64,000 bases of DNA from Candidatus Latescibacterota bacterium (GTDB lineage Bacteria > Latescibacterota > UBA2968 > UBA8231), in the NCBI GenBank assembly GCA_964291625.2, contig OZ220089.1:3552001-3616000 (forward strand), written 5' to 3'. A program made the translations under genes and the position numbers. This document shows positions 39,065-48,736 of this stretch, in pieces. The notes under the pieces were generated by a model. That model was given only the letters and a program-made list of their open reading frames with translations, had not been told where the DNA came from and searched no databases. Positions within the stretch are counted from its first letter, which is position 1; each line of letters opens with the position of its first letter.

Positions 39065-42000
39065 TCAGACGTTGCGCAGCAGGATCAGGCTGTGGTGGTC
39101 GCGCCGCAGGTCGAACTGGGCGCCGAGGAGGTCGGCGAAGGGGCTGGAGGCGGCGGGTCCGCCGTCGATCGTCTCGATCTCCAGCTGGCGCACCGGCTGG
39201 CGGGCCCGGGTGAGGAGGTGATCGAGGGGCGCCAGGTACTCGGGGAGGCGCGGATCGTCGGGGGGGACGTGGAATACCAGCCGCCGGCCGTTTCGCCGGG
39301 ACTCCAGCACCAGCCGCGGCCCGTGGTAGACGAGATGGGTCCCCGCCACCCGGGGGGGCAGGGAGGATCGCAGGCCGTCCAGCCCGAGGCCGCAGGCGGA
39401 GGCCGGATCGGCCGCGGAGAGCCAGAACACGGCGTCCTCGGGCAGGCCTCGCGAGAGCAGGCGGAAGGCCCGGTGGCTGGCGAACTGCGGCCCCGGCACG
39501 CCCTCGAAGAAGTGGCCGGCCAGGATCTCGCCGGAGAGCTCCATGAGCCGCAGGGCGCGGAAGAGCCCCTTCCAGCGCAGGGCGGGCAGCTCCCGCTGCA
39601 GCAGCTCCCGGAAGAGGACGCCGTAGCGGTCGAGGAGGAGGCGCACGCGGTCCTTGTTGCGCTCCTCCTTCTCCAGCGGGTCCCCCGGCGGCGCCGGTTG
39701 CGGCAGCGGCTGCCAGCTTCCGGGGTAGACGGTGGACCCCCGCCAGCGCCCGGCGGCCCGGCGGGAGAGGCGGGCCCCGCGGGGACCCCGGTGGAGTCCG
39801 CCGGCGGGCCGGGAGCCCTCCGGGGCGGCGGGCGCCTCGGGCGGCTGGAAGCCGGTGTCCAGGCCGCGGCGCACGGCGGCGAAGGAGTCGTTGCCGACGC
39901 GGCCGGACCAGGCGCCCTGCCACAGGGCCGCGGCCAGGGCGGGAGCGTCGAGGCCGGCCAGCTCCTGGAGGGTGGAGAAGTCGTAGCGGCCGTGGGGGTC
40001 GGGGAAGAGGGAGGCGGCGCCGTTCCCGGAGCCGTCCGGCTCCTCCTCCTCGGCGGCGGGTCCGGCGAGCAGGTCGAGGTCGTGCTCGAAGCAGAAGGTC
40101 AGGCGCTCGCGGCCGCAGCCGACCCAGCGCAGCCCGCTCTCCTGCAGGACCCCGTCGAGGAGCGGCGTCTGGTAGGAGCGCATGCGCGCCGGCAGGATCT
40201 CGGTCTCCCACAGGCCGGCGGGGGCGCCGCAGCCGAGGAGGGGCTCGAGGCGGCGGCGCAACGCCTCGGGCGTGTCCCCCGGCTCGTGGAGGCCGTGGAA
40301 GACGGCCAGGAACAGGGGCAGCTGGTCCACCGGCAGGGCCTGGAAGGCCGGCGTCGCGTCGGCCCGGGCCATGCGCAGCAGGGACTCCAGGTTCTCCGCC
40401 TCGCAGACCTGGTCCTCGCCCTCGCCCTCGACCAGCGCCCCAATGACCACCGCCTGCTCGCCGGCCAGATCGTCGAGAACGGACGCCAGCAGCGGGTCCC
40501 CGAGGCCGAGGCTCCCCGCCAACTGGCCGCGGTCCACGGGGCCGTAGTACGACAGCCAGGAGGCCACGGCGGCCTCGAGGGGAGGCTCGTCCCGCGCTCC
40601 GGTGCCGTCCCCGGCGGTGCCGATTGCCGAAGCCGGGTCCTCCCGGGCTTCGTCCTCGGGCCCGACGCCGCCGCCGGCTTCATTCAGGCCCGGCTCCTCC
40701 CGTACAACCTCCGCGTCCGCAGCGGCTCGGGCGGCGACCTCCCGGCTCGGCACCTCCGGCCCCTCTTCCGCGTTCCCGCCGCCGCCGGCCTCGATCTCCA
40801 GGCCCGTGGCCCCGGGCCCCTCCTCTGCGTCCCCGCGAGCGCGGCCGTTCCCGGGCTCCACGCCCGGCCCCTCCTCCGCGTGCCCGCGAGCGCCGCCGTT
40901 CCCGGGCTCCACGCCCGGCTCCTCCCGCCCCTCCTCCGCGTCCGCAGCGGCTCGGGTGGCGACCTCCGGGCTCGGCACCTCCGGTCCTTCTGGCGCGTCC
41001 CCGCCGAGGCCCGGGGCGGCCTTGACCTCCACGGTCGCGCCGTCCAGCGTCCTCACCCGCGCCTCCGGCCACCAGGGGAATACGGCCAGCCGCTCCAGGG
41101 CCTGGCGCGCAACGGCCACCGGACCGGCCAGGGCCTCGGCCTCGATGCGCACGATCCGCCCCCGCCAGGCGCCCTCCTCGATCCATCCCTCCTCCCCGGC
41201 CTCGGCCGAGTCCCGCGCCGCGGCGGCGAGCAGGGCCTCCCACTCCTTCCACGGGACCAGCAGCCGCTCGTCCACCCAGTCGACCAGCTCGCGCGACTCG
41301 GACGGGGCGTACCCCGGGTGCAGGCGCTGGCGCTTCTCCTCGAAGCGCCGCACCACGTGGGCCGGGAGGGTGGGCCGCAGGTCGGGGGTGAAGACGACCT
41401 CGCGCAGCAGGTCGGAGCGCAGCTCGGAGGTCTGGCGGCCGGCGGCGGCGTCGCCGGCGTACATGTACTCGTTGACCTGTCCCCAGGCGACGGAGCGGGA
41501 GAACGGGCTCGGGCGGCTGGTGCGGCACTCCGACCACTCGATGGCGCCGGACTCCAGCTCGGAGAGGACGAGGCGCAGGGCGGGCAGGTCGAAGCCGTCC
41601 TGGAGGCAGGTGCGCCAGGCCTCGACGAGGATGGGGAAGTCCTCGTAGCGCATGACCGTGTCGAGGAGCCGCTGCGAGCGCAGACGGCTGAGCCACAGGG
41701 GCATGCGCTCGGTCAGACTGCGCCGGGTCAGGAGCAGGGAGCGCTGGGCGCACTCGCGGAAGCGGGCCCCGAAGTAGCCGGAGGCCTCGAGCCGCTGGCG
41801 CAGCAGCTCCTCGACGCGGCCCGAGGTGACCAGGCTGAGGATCTCCTCGGAGCCGGTCTCGGCGGGCAGGACGAGGACGATGCAGTCGTTGGAGGGATAG
41901 ACCTCGATGCGGCCGCCGAAGCGCTCCTCCCAGGCGGCGTCGAGGGCCATGGAGAAAGGCTGGTTGACGCACCCGCCCCAGAACGTGTGCAGCACCACCT

Positions 42001-43992
42001 GGCTGCCCATGTACCCGCCCGGGGCCGAGGCGACGTGCTCCACCAGCAGGTGGTGGCGGTGGGGCAGGGGGGCGCCGGTGGCCTCGCGCTGGCGCCGCAG
42101 GAAGTCGAGGAGCTGGCCGGCGGCGGTCTCGTCCATGTGATGCCGCTCGGTGAGCCGCTCCCGGAAGGCGGGGCTCTCGAGGGAGGCCTCGGCGTCCTCG
42201 AGGAAGCCGCCGATGGCGTTGGAGAAGTGGAAGTCGCGGTTGGCGCCCTCCCCCTTCCAGAAGGGCAGGTCCACGGTGCGGGCCGGCGCCGGGCTCACGA
42301 GGACGTCGTTGTGGGTGATCTTGCGGATCGTCCAGTTCTGGGTGCCCAGGGTGAAGGACTGCCCCTCGGACGACTCCCACACGAACTCCTCGTCCAGCTC
42401 GCCCAGCTTCGCGCCCGAGTCCTCCAGGCGCAGGTTGAAAAGGCCGCGGTCGGGGATCGTCCCGCCCGACATGTAGAGCTGGCTCATCGCCCCCCGGCGC
42501 GCCGCCACCGTGTTGTCCAGGCGGTCCACCGTGAGGCGCGGCCTCAGGTCGCGCACGCGGCTGCCGGCGTAGCGGCCGGCGAGCATGTCGACGACCAGGT
42601 CGAACTGCCGGCGGGCCAGGTGGCGGTAGGGGAAGCTGGCGCGGACCTCGTCGTAGAGCTCGTCGAGGTCCCAGCTCTCGGTGCCGGCCATGGAGACGAG
42701 CACCTGGGCGAGGACGTCGAGGGCGGCGGTGACGGGGTGGATCTCCTCGATGTCGTGGGCGTCGATCTGCGCTGCCAGGACCGCCGCCTCGAGGAAGTCG
42801 TGGCCGTGGGTGGGATAGAGGGTGGCCTTGCTCACCTCGCCGACCTGGTGGCCGGCGCGGCCGGCGCGCTGCACGGCGGAGGAGACCGAGGGCGGCGACT
42901 GCACGAGGACGACCTCGTCGAGGGCGCCGATGTCGATGCCCATCTCCAGGGAGTTGGTGGCCACGATCGCCTTGAGCCCGCCCTCCTTCAGGCGGCGCTC
43001 CACGACCTCGCGGATCTCGCGCGACAGGGAGCCGTGATGGGCATAGGCCAGGGGCTGCTCGCGGCCGTCGTTGAGGAAGCGGGTGATCTTCTCGCACAGG
43101 CGGCGGGCGTTGACGAAGAGCAGGGTCGAGCGGTTGCCGGCGATGATCTCCTCGAAGGCCTCGGCCATGGCCGGCCAGATCGAGTCGTCCTGGTTCTCCC
43201 CCTCCGCGTCGGCGGCCTCGGGGTAGCGCACGGAGACGTCGTAGCGCTTGGACGCCGCCGAGCGCAGGACCGCCACCGGCCGCGGCTCGTAGCGGGCGCC
43301 GCCCCGCCCCGGCAGCCGCCGGAAGCCGCCGACGAAGGCCGCCACCCGGTCGAGGGGCCGCACCGTCGCCGACAGGGAGATCCGCTGGAACTCCCCCGAC
43401 AGCCGCACCAGGCGGTCGACGGCGGTGATCAGGTGGACGCCGCGCTTGCTGCCGACGACGGCGTGGATCTCGTCGAGGATGACGCACCGCAGGCCGGTGA
43501 GCAGGCCGCGCCCCCCTGGGAGGAGAGCAGCAGGTTCAGCGACTCCGGGGTGGTGATGAGGATCTCCGGCGGCTGGCGCAGCATGCGGCGCCGGTCCTCC
43601 TGGGGCGTGTCCCCGGAGCGGGTGAGGGCGCGGATCGCGGGGAAGGGCTCGCCGGCGGCCTGGAAGCGCTGCTGCAGCTCCTCCAGCGGCCCCAGGAGGT
43701 TGCGCTGGATGTCGTTGTTGAGCGCCTTCAGGGGCGAGACGTAGAGGACGCTGGTGGCGCCCTCGGGCCAGTCGCCGCGGACCAGCCGGTCGAGGGCCCA
43801 GAGGAAGGCGGTGAGGGTTTTGCCGGAGCCGGTGGGCGCGGTGACCAGCAGGTGCTCGCCGGCGGCGATGCGCGGCCAGGCGGCGGCCTGCACGTCAGTC
43901 GGCTCGCCGACGCGCTCGGCGAACCAGCGGCGCACCAGGGGGTGGAACAGCTCGAGGGCTTCCTTCGCCCCCGGGGGCGCGGCGCCGCTCAC
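39065..43992 (-). CDS. lhr: Lhr-family DEAH helicase, split by a 1-bp frameshift near 43515 (G homopolymer)
   Basis: GTG 43992; APTGSGKT, YVSPLKAL, TTPESL, then in the next frame DEIH, SAT, HHGSLS, QRAGRAGH, GGTIPDRG; C-terminal LLDRYGVL. Confidence 0.85.
40700..41000 (-). repeat. In-frame nested tandem repeats within lhr
   Basis: GPEVPS(P/R)EVA(T/A)RAAADAE x2 flanking PGVEPGNG(G/R)ARG(H/D)AEEG x2. Confidence 0.75.
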
Positions 43993-44837
43993 GGGGCCGC
44001 CAGGCGCGCCGCCTCGACGACGGCGCGGAACTCGTCGATGCCGGTGCCCACGCCCCGCACCCAGCGGTTGATCCACTCCTTCATGGCCACGGTGACCACG
44101 TGCTCCCGCTCCGGCTTCCCCTTCTCCCACGGGGCCACCGGCCACACGGCGTGGCCCTGCTTGTCGCAGAGCTGGTGGCGGCGGTCGTTCAGCCTCAGGC
44201 GCAGGCGCCGGCCGTCCAGCCACTGCGGGGTCAGGCGCGGCTGGAAGGTGGCGGCGCCGGTGCCGTCGTGGCACTCGAAGAGCCAGGCCTCGACGTCGCA
44301 GCCGGGCAGGGCCAGCGGCTCCCGGAGGCGCGCCCGGTGCAGGAAGCGGGAGTCGAACACGGTCATCTCGAAGCGCATCCGCGGCGCCTGCCGCAGTCCC
44401 AGCTGGTGGGCGAAGGCGCCGCCGTACCCGGGCACGCAGCCCTCGAAGGACTCGCCCCACAGCTCGGAGGTCGCCGCGGCCGGGTCGAGGGCCAGACCGT
44501 GGCGTCGCAGGTGCGCCAGGATCTCCTCCCTCAGCCTCCGGTAGTACTCGTCCAGACCGCCGCTCTCGGGGAAGGGGCTCCGCAGTTGCAGGGCGCCGCC
44601 CTCGCCGAGGGACTCGGCCGCCGCGTCGCGCAGGTACCCCGGCCCCCCGAGCTGCACGAAGAGCGCGCCCCCGCCCCGTCCGGCGAGATCGGCCAGCCAG
44701 CGCGCCTTCACCTCCTTCTCCCTCTCGAGGAAGAGCTGCATCCCCTCCCGCCGGATGCGCTCCGCCTCGATCGGCTCGTAGCAGCACGGGTGGATGAGGA
44801 AGATCAGATGCTCCACGGGCGCGGGCATGGTCCTCAC
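43989..44837 (-). CDS. Hypothetical protein
   Basis: 282-aa ORF with typical codon usage; stop overlaps lhr GTG; HPCCYE and WGESFEGCV motifs. Confidence 0.65.
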   Translation of the reverse strand: MRTMPAPVEHLIFLIHPCCYEPIEAERIRREGMQLFLEREKEVKARWLADLAGRGGGALFVQLGGPGYLRDAAAESLGEGGALQLRSPFPESGGLDEYYRRLREEILAHLRRHGLALDPAAATSELWGESFEGCVPGYGGAFAHQLGLRQAPRMRFEMTVFDSRFLHRARLREPLALPGCDVEAWLFECHDGTGAATFQPRLTPQWLDGRRLRLRLNDRRHQLCDKQGHAVWPVAPWEKGKPEREHVVTVAMKEWINRWVRGVGTGIDEFRAVVEAARLAAP

Positions 44838-44879
44838 ATCCTATTGCCAGGATCGAACCGCCGCCACAGGTTGAGGCCC

Positions 44880-46346
44880 ATGTCGACGACGCTCGTGCCC
44901 GCGCCCACGTCGGTGCTGCGCCTCGGCCACGCCCAGGGCGACATCACCCCGCCCGCGGGCATCTACCACCGCATGTGGGGCGCCGCCCGCCACGACCGCG
45001 CCACCGGCGTCCACCGGCCGCTGCTGGCGGACGTCCTCGTCCTCGAGCCCTTGGACCGGCCGGAGGAGCGCCTGGTGCGCGTGCAGCTCGACCACGTGCT
45101 GCTCGAGGACGGACAGACCGACGCGGCGGTGGCCGGCCTGGTGAAAGCCGCCGGCGTCGACCGCGACCGCGTCCACGTCACCTTCTCCCACACCCACGCC
45201 GCCGGGTTCCTCACGCGCGACCGTATCCCCCTGCCCGGAGGGGAGCACATCGAGCCCTACCTCGCCGGGCTCGGAGAAACCCTCGCCTCCCTCGCCCGGG
45301 CCGCCGTGGAGGACCTGGACGAGGCCGTGGTCACCTACGCCGAGGGCCGCTGCACCATGGCCGCCAACCGCGACTACCACGACGAGGAGCGCCGCCTCCG
45401 GGTCACCGGCTTCAACCCCGACGAGGCCGCCGACGACCTGGTGGTGACGGCGCGGGTCACCGCCCCCGACGGCACGCCCCGCCTGCACCTCGTGCACTAC
45501 GCCTGCCACCCCACGACCCTGTCGTGGGACAACAGCCTCCTGAGCCCGGACTTCGTCGGCGCCGCCCGCGAGGTGGTGAGCGACCACACGGGCACGCCCT
45601 GCGTCTACTTCCAGGGCCCGTGCGGCGAGCTGGGCCCCCGGGACGGATTCACGGGCGACACCGAGGTGGCCGACCGCAACGGCCGGCAGCTGGGCTTCGC
45701 CGCCCTGTCGGCCCTCGTCGGCCTGGGTCCGGCGGGACACGACTTCGCCTACCAGGGTCCGGTGCTCTCCGGCGCCACCATCGGCACCTGGGCGTGGACT
45801 CCCTTCGAGGACCCCCGCGCCGAGTCGGTGCGCCGCTGGTCCGGCGGAAACCACCAGGTCGACCTGCCCCTCAAGCCGCTGCCCGACGCAGATCAGCTTC
45901 GGTCGGATCTCGACCGCCACACGGGGGAGCAGGCTCGCGCCGACGCCGCCGGCGACACCCTGGCGGCCCGGGATGCCGGCGCGCGCGCCGAGCGCTGCCG
46001 CCGCTGGCTGCGGAGGCTGGCCGAGCTGCCCCCGGGGGACCGCTGTCCCTACCGGTTCTCGTTCCACGAGATGGGGGACGCCCTCTGGATCACCTGCGCC
46101 GCCGAGCCCTACAGCGTGCTGGCCGCGGAACTGCGGCGGCGGTTCCCCGAGCGGCCGGTGCTGATCTCGCCGGTGGCCGGGACCCCGCAGCTGGCCTACC
46201 TGCTGCCGCGGGACCGCTACGGCCTCGGGCTCTACCAGGAGGAGCCCTCGTGCCTGGCGCCCGGCTGCCTGGAGGCGGTCCTCGAAGCGATGACCGACGC
46301 CGTGCAGGAGCTCACCGGTTCCCGGGCGGTTCGTCCCGACGGGTAG
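44880..46346 (+). CDS. Neutral/alkaline ceramidase-like N-terminal domain protein
   Basis: DITPP, FSHTHA, YACHPT, SPDFVG, QGPCGE. Confidence 0.7.
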   Translation: MSTTLVPAPTSVLRLGHAQGDITPPAGIYHRMWGAARHDRATGVHRPLLADVLVLEPLDRPEERLVRVQLDHVLLEDGQTDAAVAGLVKAAGVDRDRVHVTFSHTHAAGFLTRDRIPLPGGEHIEPYLAGLGETLASLARAAVEDLDEAVVTYAEGRCTMAANRDYHDEERRLRVTGFNPDEAADDLVVTARVTAPDGTPRLHLVHYACHPTTLSWDNSLLSPDFVGAAREVVSDHTGTPCVYFQGPCGELGPRDGFTGDTEVADRNGRQLGFAALSALVGLGPAGHDFAYQGPVLSGATIGTWAWTPFEDPRAESVRRWSGGNHQVDLPLKPLPDADQLRSDLDRHTGEQARADAAGDTLAARDAGARAERCRRWLRRLAELPPGDRCPYRFSFHEMGDALWITCAAEPYSVLAAELRRRFPERPVLISPVAGTPQLAYLLPRDRYGLGLYQEEPSCLAPGCLEAVLEAMTDAVQELTGSRAVRPDG

Positions 46347-46471
46347 CGGGCGGGACCGGTCCAACAACAACCGGCGGTGCCGCCGGGTCGCGGCGGGCTC
46401 ACCGGCGCCCGGCCGCTCGACAAGGGAATCCGCCCCGGCGGGCGTCGCCGGCGCACCAGGAGGAGAAGCCT

Positions 46472-47614
46472 GTGAACCTCGAGGAGATCCGCGCCCACTA
46501 CCCCGGCCTCGGCCGGGGGATCCAGCTCAACACCGGCGGCGTCGGGCTGCCGTCGAGGCAGGTGCACGCGGCCGTCCAGGCCGGCTTCGACCAGCTCTAC
46601 GAGGAGCACGTGCCGCCCATCGAGTGGTATACCCTCACGCGCCAGGCGGCCGACACGGCGCGGGCGAAGCTGGCCGCTTTCGTCGGGGCGGCGGAGAGCG
46701 AGATTACCCTCACCGTGAGTACCGCCGACGGCCTCGCGTCAGTCATCGGCGGCATGTCCTGGGAGCCGGGGGACGAGGTGCTGATCACCAGCGAGGAGCA
46801 CCCGGTGCCGCACCAGGCCGTCCTCGGCCTGAAGGAGCGCTACGGCGTCGTCCTCAAGAGCGTGGAGATCGACCACGATCCCGCCGTGGTGGTGGAGCGC
46901 ACGGGGGAGGCCCTGACGCCGCGGACACGCCTGATCTGCATGAGCCACGTCACCACCGACACCGGGCTGGTGATGCCGGCGGAGGAGATCTGCCGGCTGG
47001 CCCGGGAGCGCGGCGTCCCCACCCTGTGGGACGGCTGCCACGCCGTAGCCCAGATCCCCGTGAACCTCCGGGAGATGGGCTGCGACTACTACGCCTCGAA
47101 CTGCTACAAATGGATGCTCGGCCCCATCGGGACGGGCTTCCTCTACGTCAGCGTCGAGGCGCGCCAGGGCCTGAAGCCCCTCCTCCGTCCCCACGACCCC
47201 GAGGCCGGCGCCGCCCAGTACATCACCAGCACCCCCTCCTACGCCCTCTACGCCGGCGTGGCGGCGAGCCTCGACCTCATGGAGAGCATCGGCGGCGTCG
47301 AGGCGATCCAGCGGGAGTCCGCCCGCAAGGCGGAGGACCTCAAGGCGAGGCTGGACGCGGTGGCCGGGGTCTTGGTGCTCAGCTCACGGCGCCCCGACTC
47401 GCAGACCGGCACCGTGACCTTCGCCATCGAAGGCGTCGACGGCGGCCAGGTCTCGACGGCGCTGAAGGAGCGCTGGCAGATCGTGCAGCGGGCCACCTAC
47501 CTGACCGACCCGAGCGGCGTCCGGATCTCGGTGGCGTTCTACATCAGCGAGGCGGAACTGGATGCGCTGGTGGAGGCGGTGAAGGTGCTGGCGGCGGGGG
47601 CGGGGTGGGGGTGA
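46472..47614 (+). CDS. Class V PLP-dependent aminotransferase (cysteine desulfurase/isopenicillin epimerase-like)
   Basis: GTG 46472 after AGGAGG; LNTGG, EHP, SHVTTDTG, DGCHA, NCYKWMLGPIGTG. Confidence 0.85.
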   Translation: MNLEEIRAHYPGLGRGIQLNTGGVGLPSRQVHAAVQAGFDQLYEEHVPPIEWYTLTRQAADTARAKLAAFVGAAESEITLTVSTADGLASVIGGMSWEPGDEVLITSEEHPVPHQAVLGLKERYGVVLKSVEIDHDPAVVVERTGEALTPRTRLICMSHVTTDTGLVMPAEEICRLARERGVPTLWDGCHAVAQIPVNLREMGCDYYASNCYKWMLGPIGTGFLYVSVEARQGLKPLLRPHDPEAGAAQYITSTPSYALYAGVAASLDLMESIGGVEAIQRESARKAEDLKARLDAVAGVLVLSSRRPDSQTGTVTFAIEGVDGGQVSTALKERWQIVQRATYLTDPSGVRISVAFYISEAELDALVEAVKVLAAGAGWG

Positions 47615-47629
47615 GGTCCGGGGGTGGAG

Positions 47630-48694
47630 TCAGGTTCGGTGGCTGTCGATGAGATCGGCGACTTCTCGGAGACGGTTCGCGACGGCCTTGAGCACGTCGT
47701 CGTACTCGACTCCGGTCGGGAGGGCAATGGGCACGAGGAGCGCCTGATTTTCTTCCAGGCACCCGGGCGGGTCGGTACGCTTGAGCGGCTCAAGGGCCCT
47801 GCGCGTTTCCGGCCAGCGGGCTTTGTGCCGCTCATCTCGCCATTGCTCGAAGAAGAGCCAGAGAGGGGTATCCGGATAGGCCCCCCGGGCCCACCAGTTC
47901 TGGCCGATGCCAAACCAGGCGCCCGCGCCTTTCAACGAGAGATACCGTCCATAGCCACGAGCGAGCGGGGTGACAATCAACCCCTTGATGTTGGCATGGC
48001 CTTGGGCCACGGCGCGCTCCGTGGCATCGTCCACGAGACGGCGCAGGCTGAGCAGCCGACGGGGGATCTCCGGCGCCAGTTCCTCCGGCCGGAGCGGCGG
48101 AAACCCACTCTCGTCATCCACCCGATGTGTCAGACCCCGCAACTGCTGTATCTCGTCTCTTGAGGCGGAATCGGCTGCAGCTTCGAGGCGGGCGAGCAGT
48201 TGCGTCCAGCTGATCAGCACCAGGTGCTTCCCCTCATCGGTCGCGCCGCTCTTGAGGGCAGCCTTGTCGAGGATGGAGAGCAGGCCGTCAGCGCCGGCCC
48301 GGCGGCACAGCTCCGGCCAGAGCGTCTCAAGCCTCGATTCAGGCGCGACGAAGAGAAGTGCCTTGCCTGGGGCCAACCTGTCGAGGTAGGCCTTCGGCTG
48401 GTTGGCAGTGAGCCCGGCCCAGAACTTGGCTTCGATTAGAAGGCACTCCTCGCCTTGTGCATCGAGAGCGACCAGGTCGGGCCGCGTCTCTCCCTCGCCG
48501 CTGACCTGGGTCTGGACCCTGGCAATCGTTCCGACATCCGCTCCCCCATCCCTGAGCAGATCCTCCATCACACGGAGCAACGGCTCGGACTTCAGGATGT
48601 AGCCGAGGGCTTCGACCGCGATGTCTTCGTGACTCTTCGCGAGTTTCCACGCGAGATGGGCGAGTAGTGTGTCGCCCTCAGTCTTGTGTTCCAT
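47630..48694 (-). CDS. PD-(D/E)XK-family nuclease-like protein
   Basis: HEDIAVEAL..RPDLVA..LLIEAKFWAGLTANQP; AAGGAG SD; lower GC. Confidence 0.65.
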   Translation of the reverse strand: MEHKTEGDTLLAHLAWKLAKSHEDIAVEALGYILKSEPLLRVMEDLLRDGGADVGTIARVQTQVSGEGETRPDLVALDAQGEECLLIEAKFWAGLTANQPKAYLDRLAPGKALLFVAPESRLETLWPELCRRAGADGLLSILDKAALKSGATDEGKHLVLISWTQLLARLEAAADSASRDEIQQLRGLTHRVDDESGFPPLRPEELAPEIPRRLLSLRRLVDDATERAVAQGHANIKGLIVTPLARGYGRYLSLKGAGAWFGIGQNWWARGAYPDTPLWLFFEQWRDERHKARWPETRRALEPLKRTDPPGCLEENQALLVPIALPTGVEYDDVLKAVANRLREVADLIDSHRT

Positions 48695-48736
48695 TGTGCT
48701 CCTTCACCTCAGCGGGGCCGGCGGAGGACGATCCGT

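Noticed and set aside
43500-43530. Programmed frameshift in lhr
   Set aside because: The break is in a G homopolymer, and several similar indels occur in the window; an error is more parsimonious.
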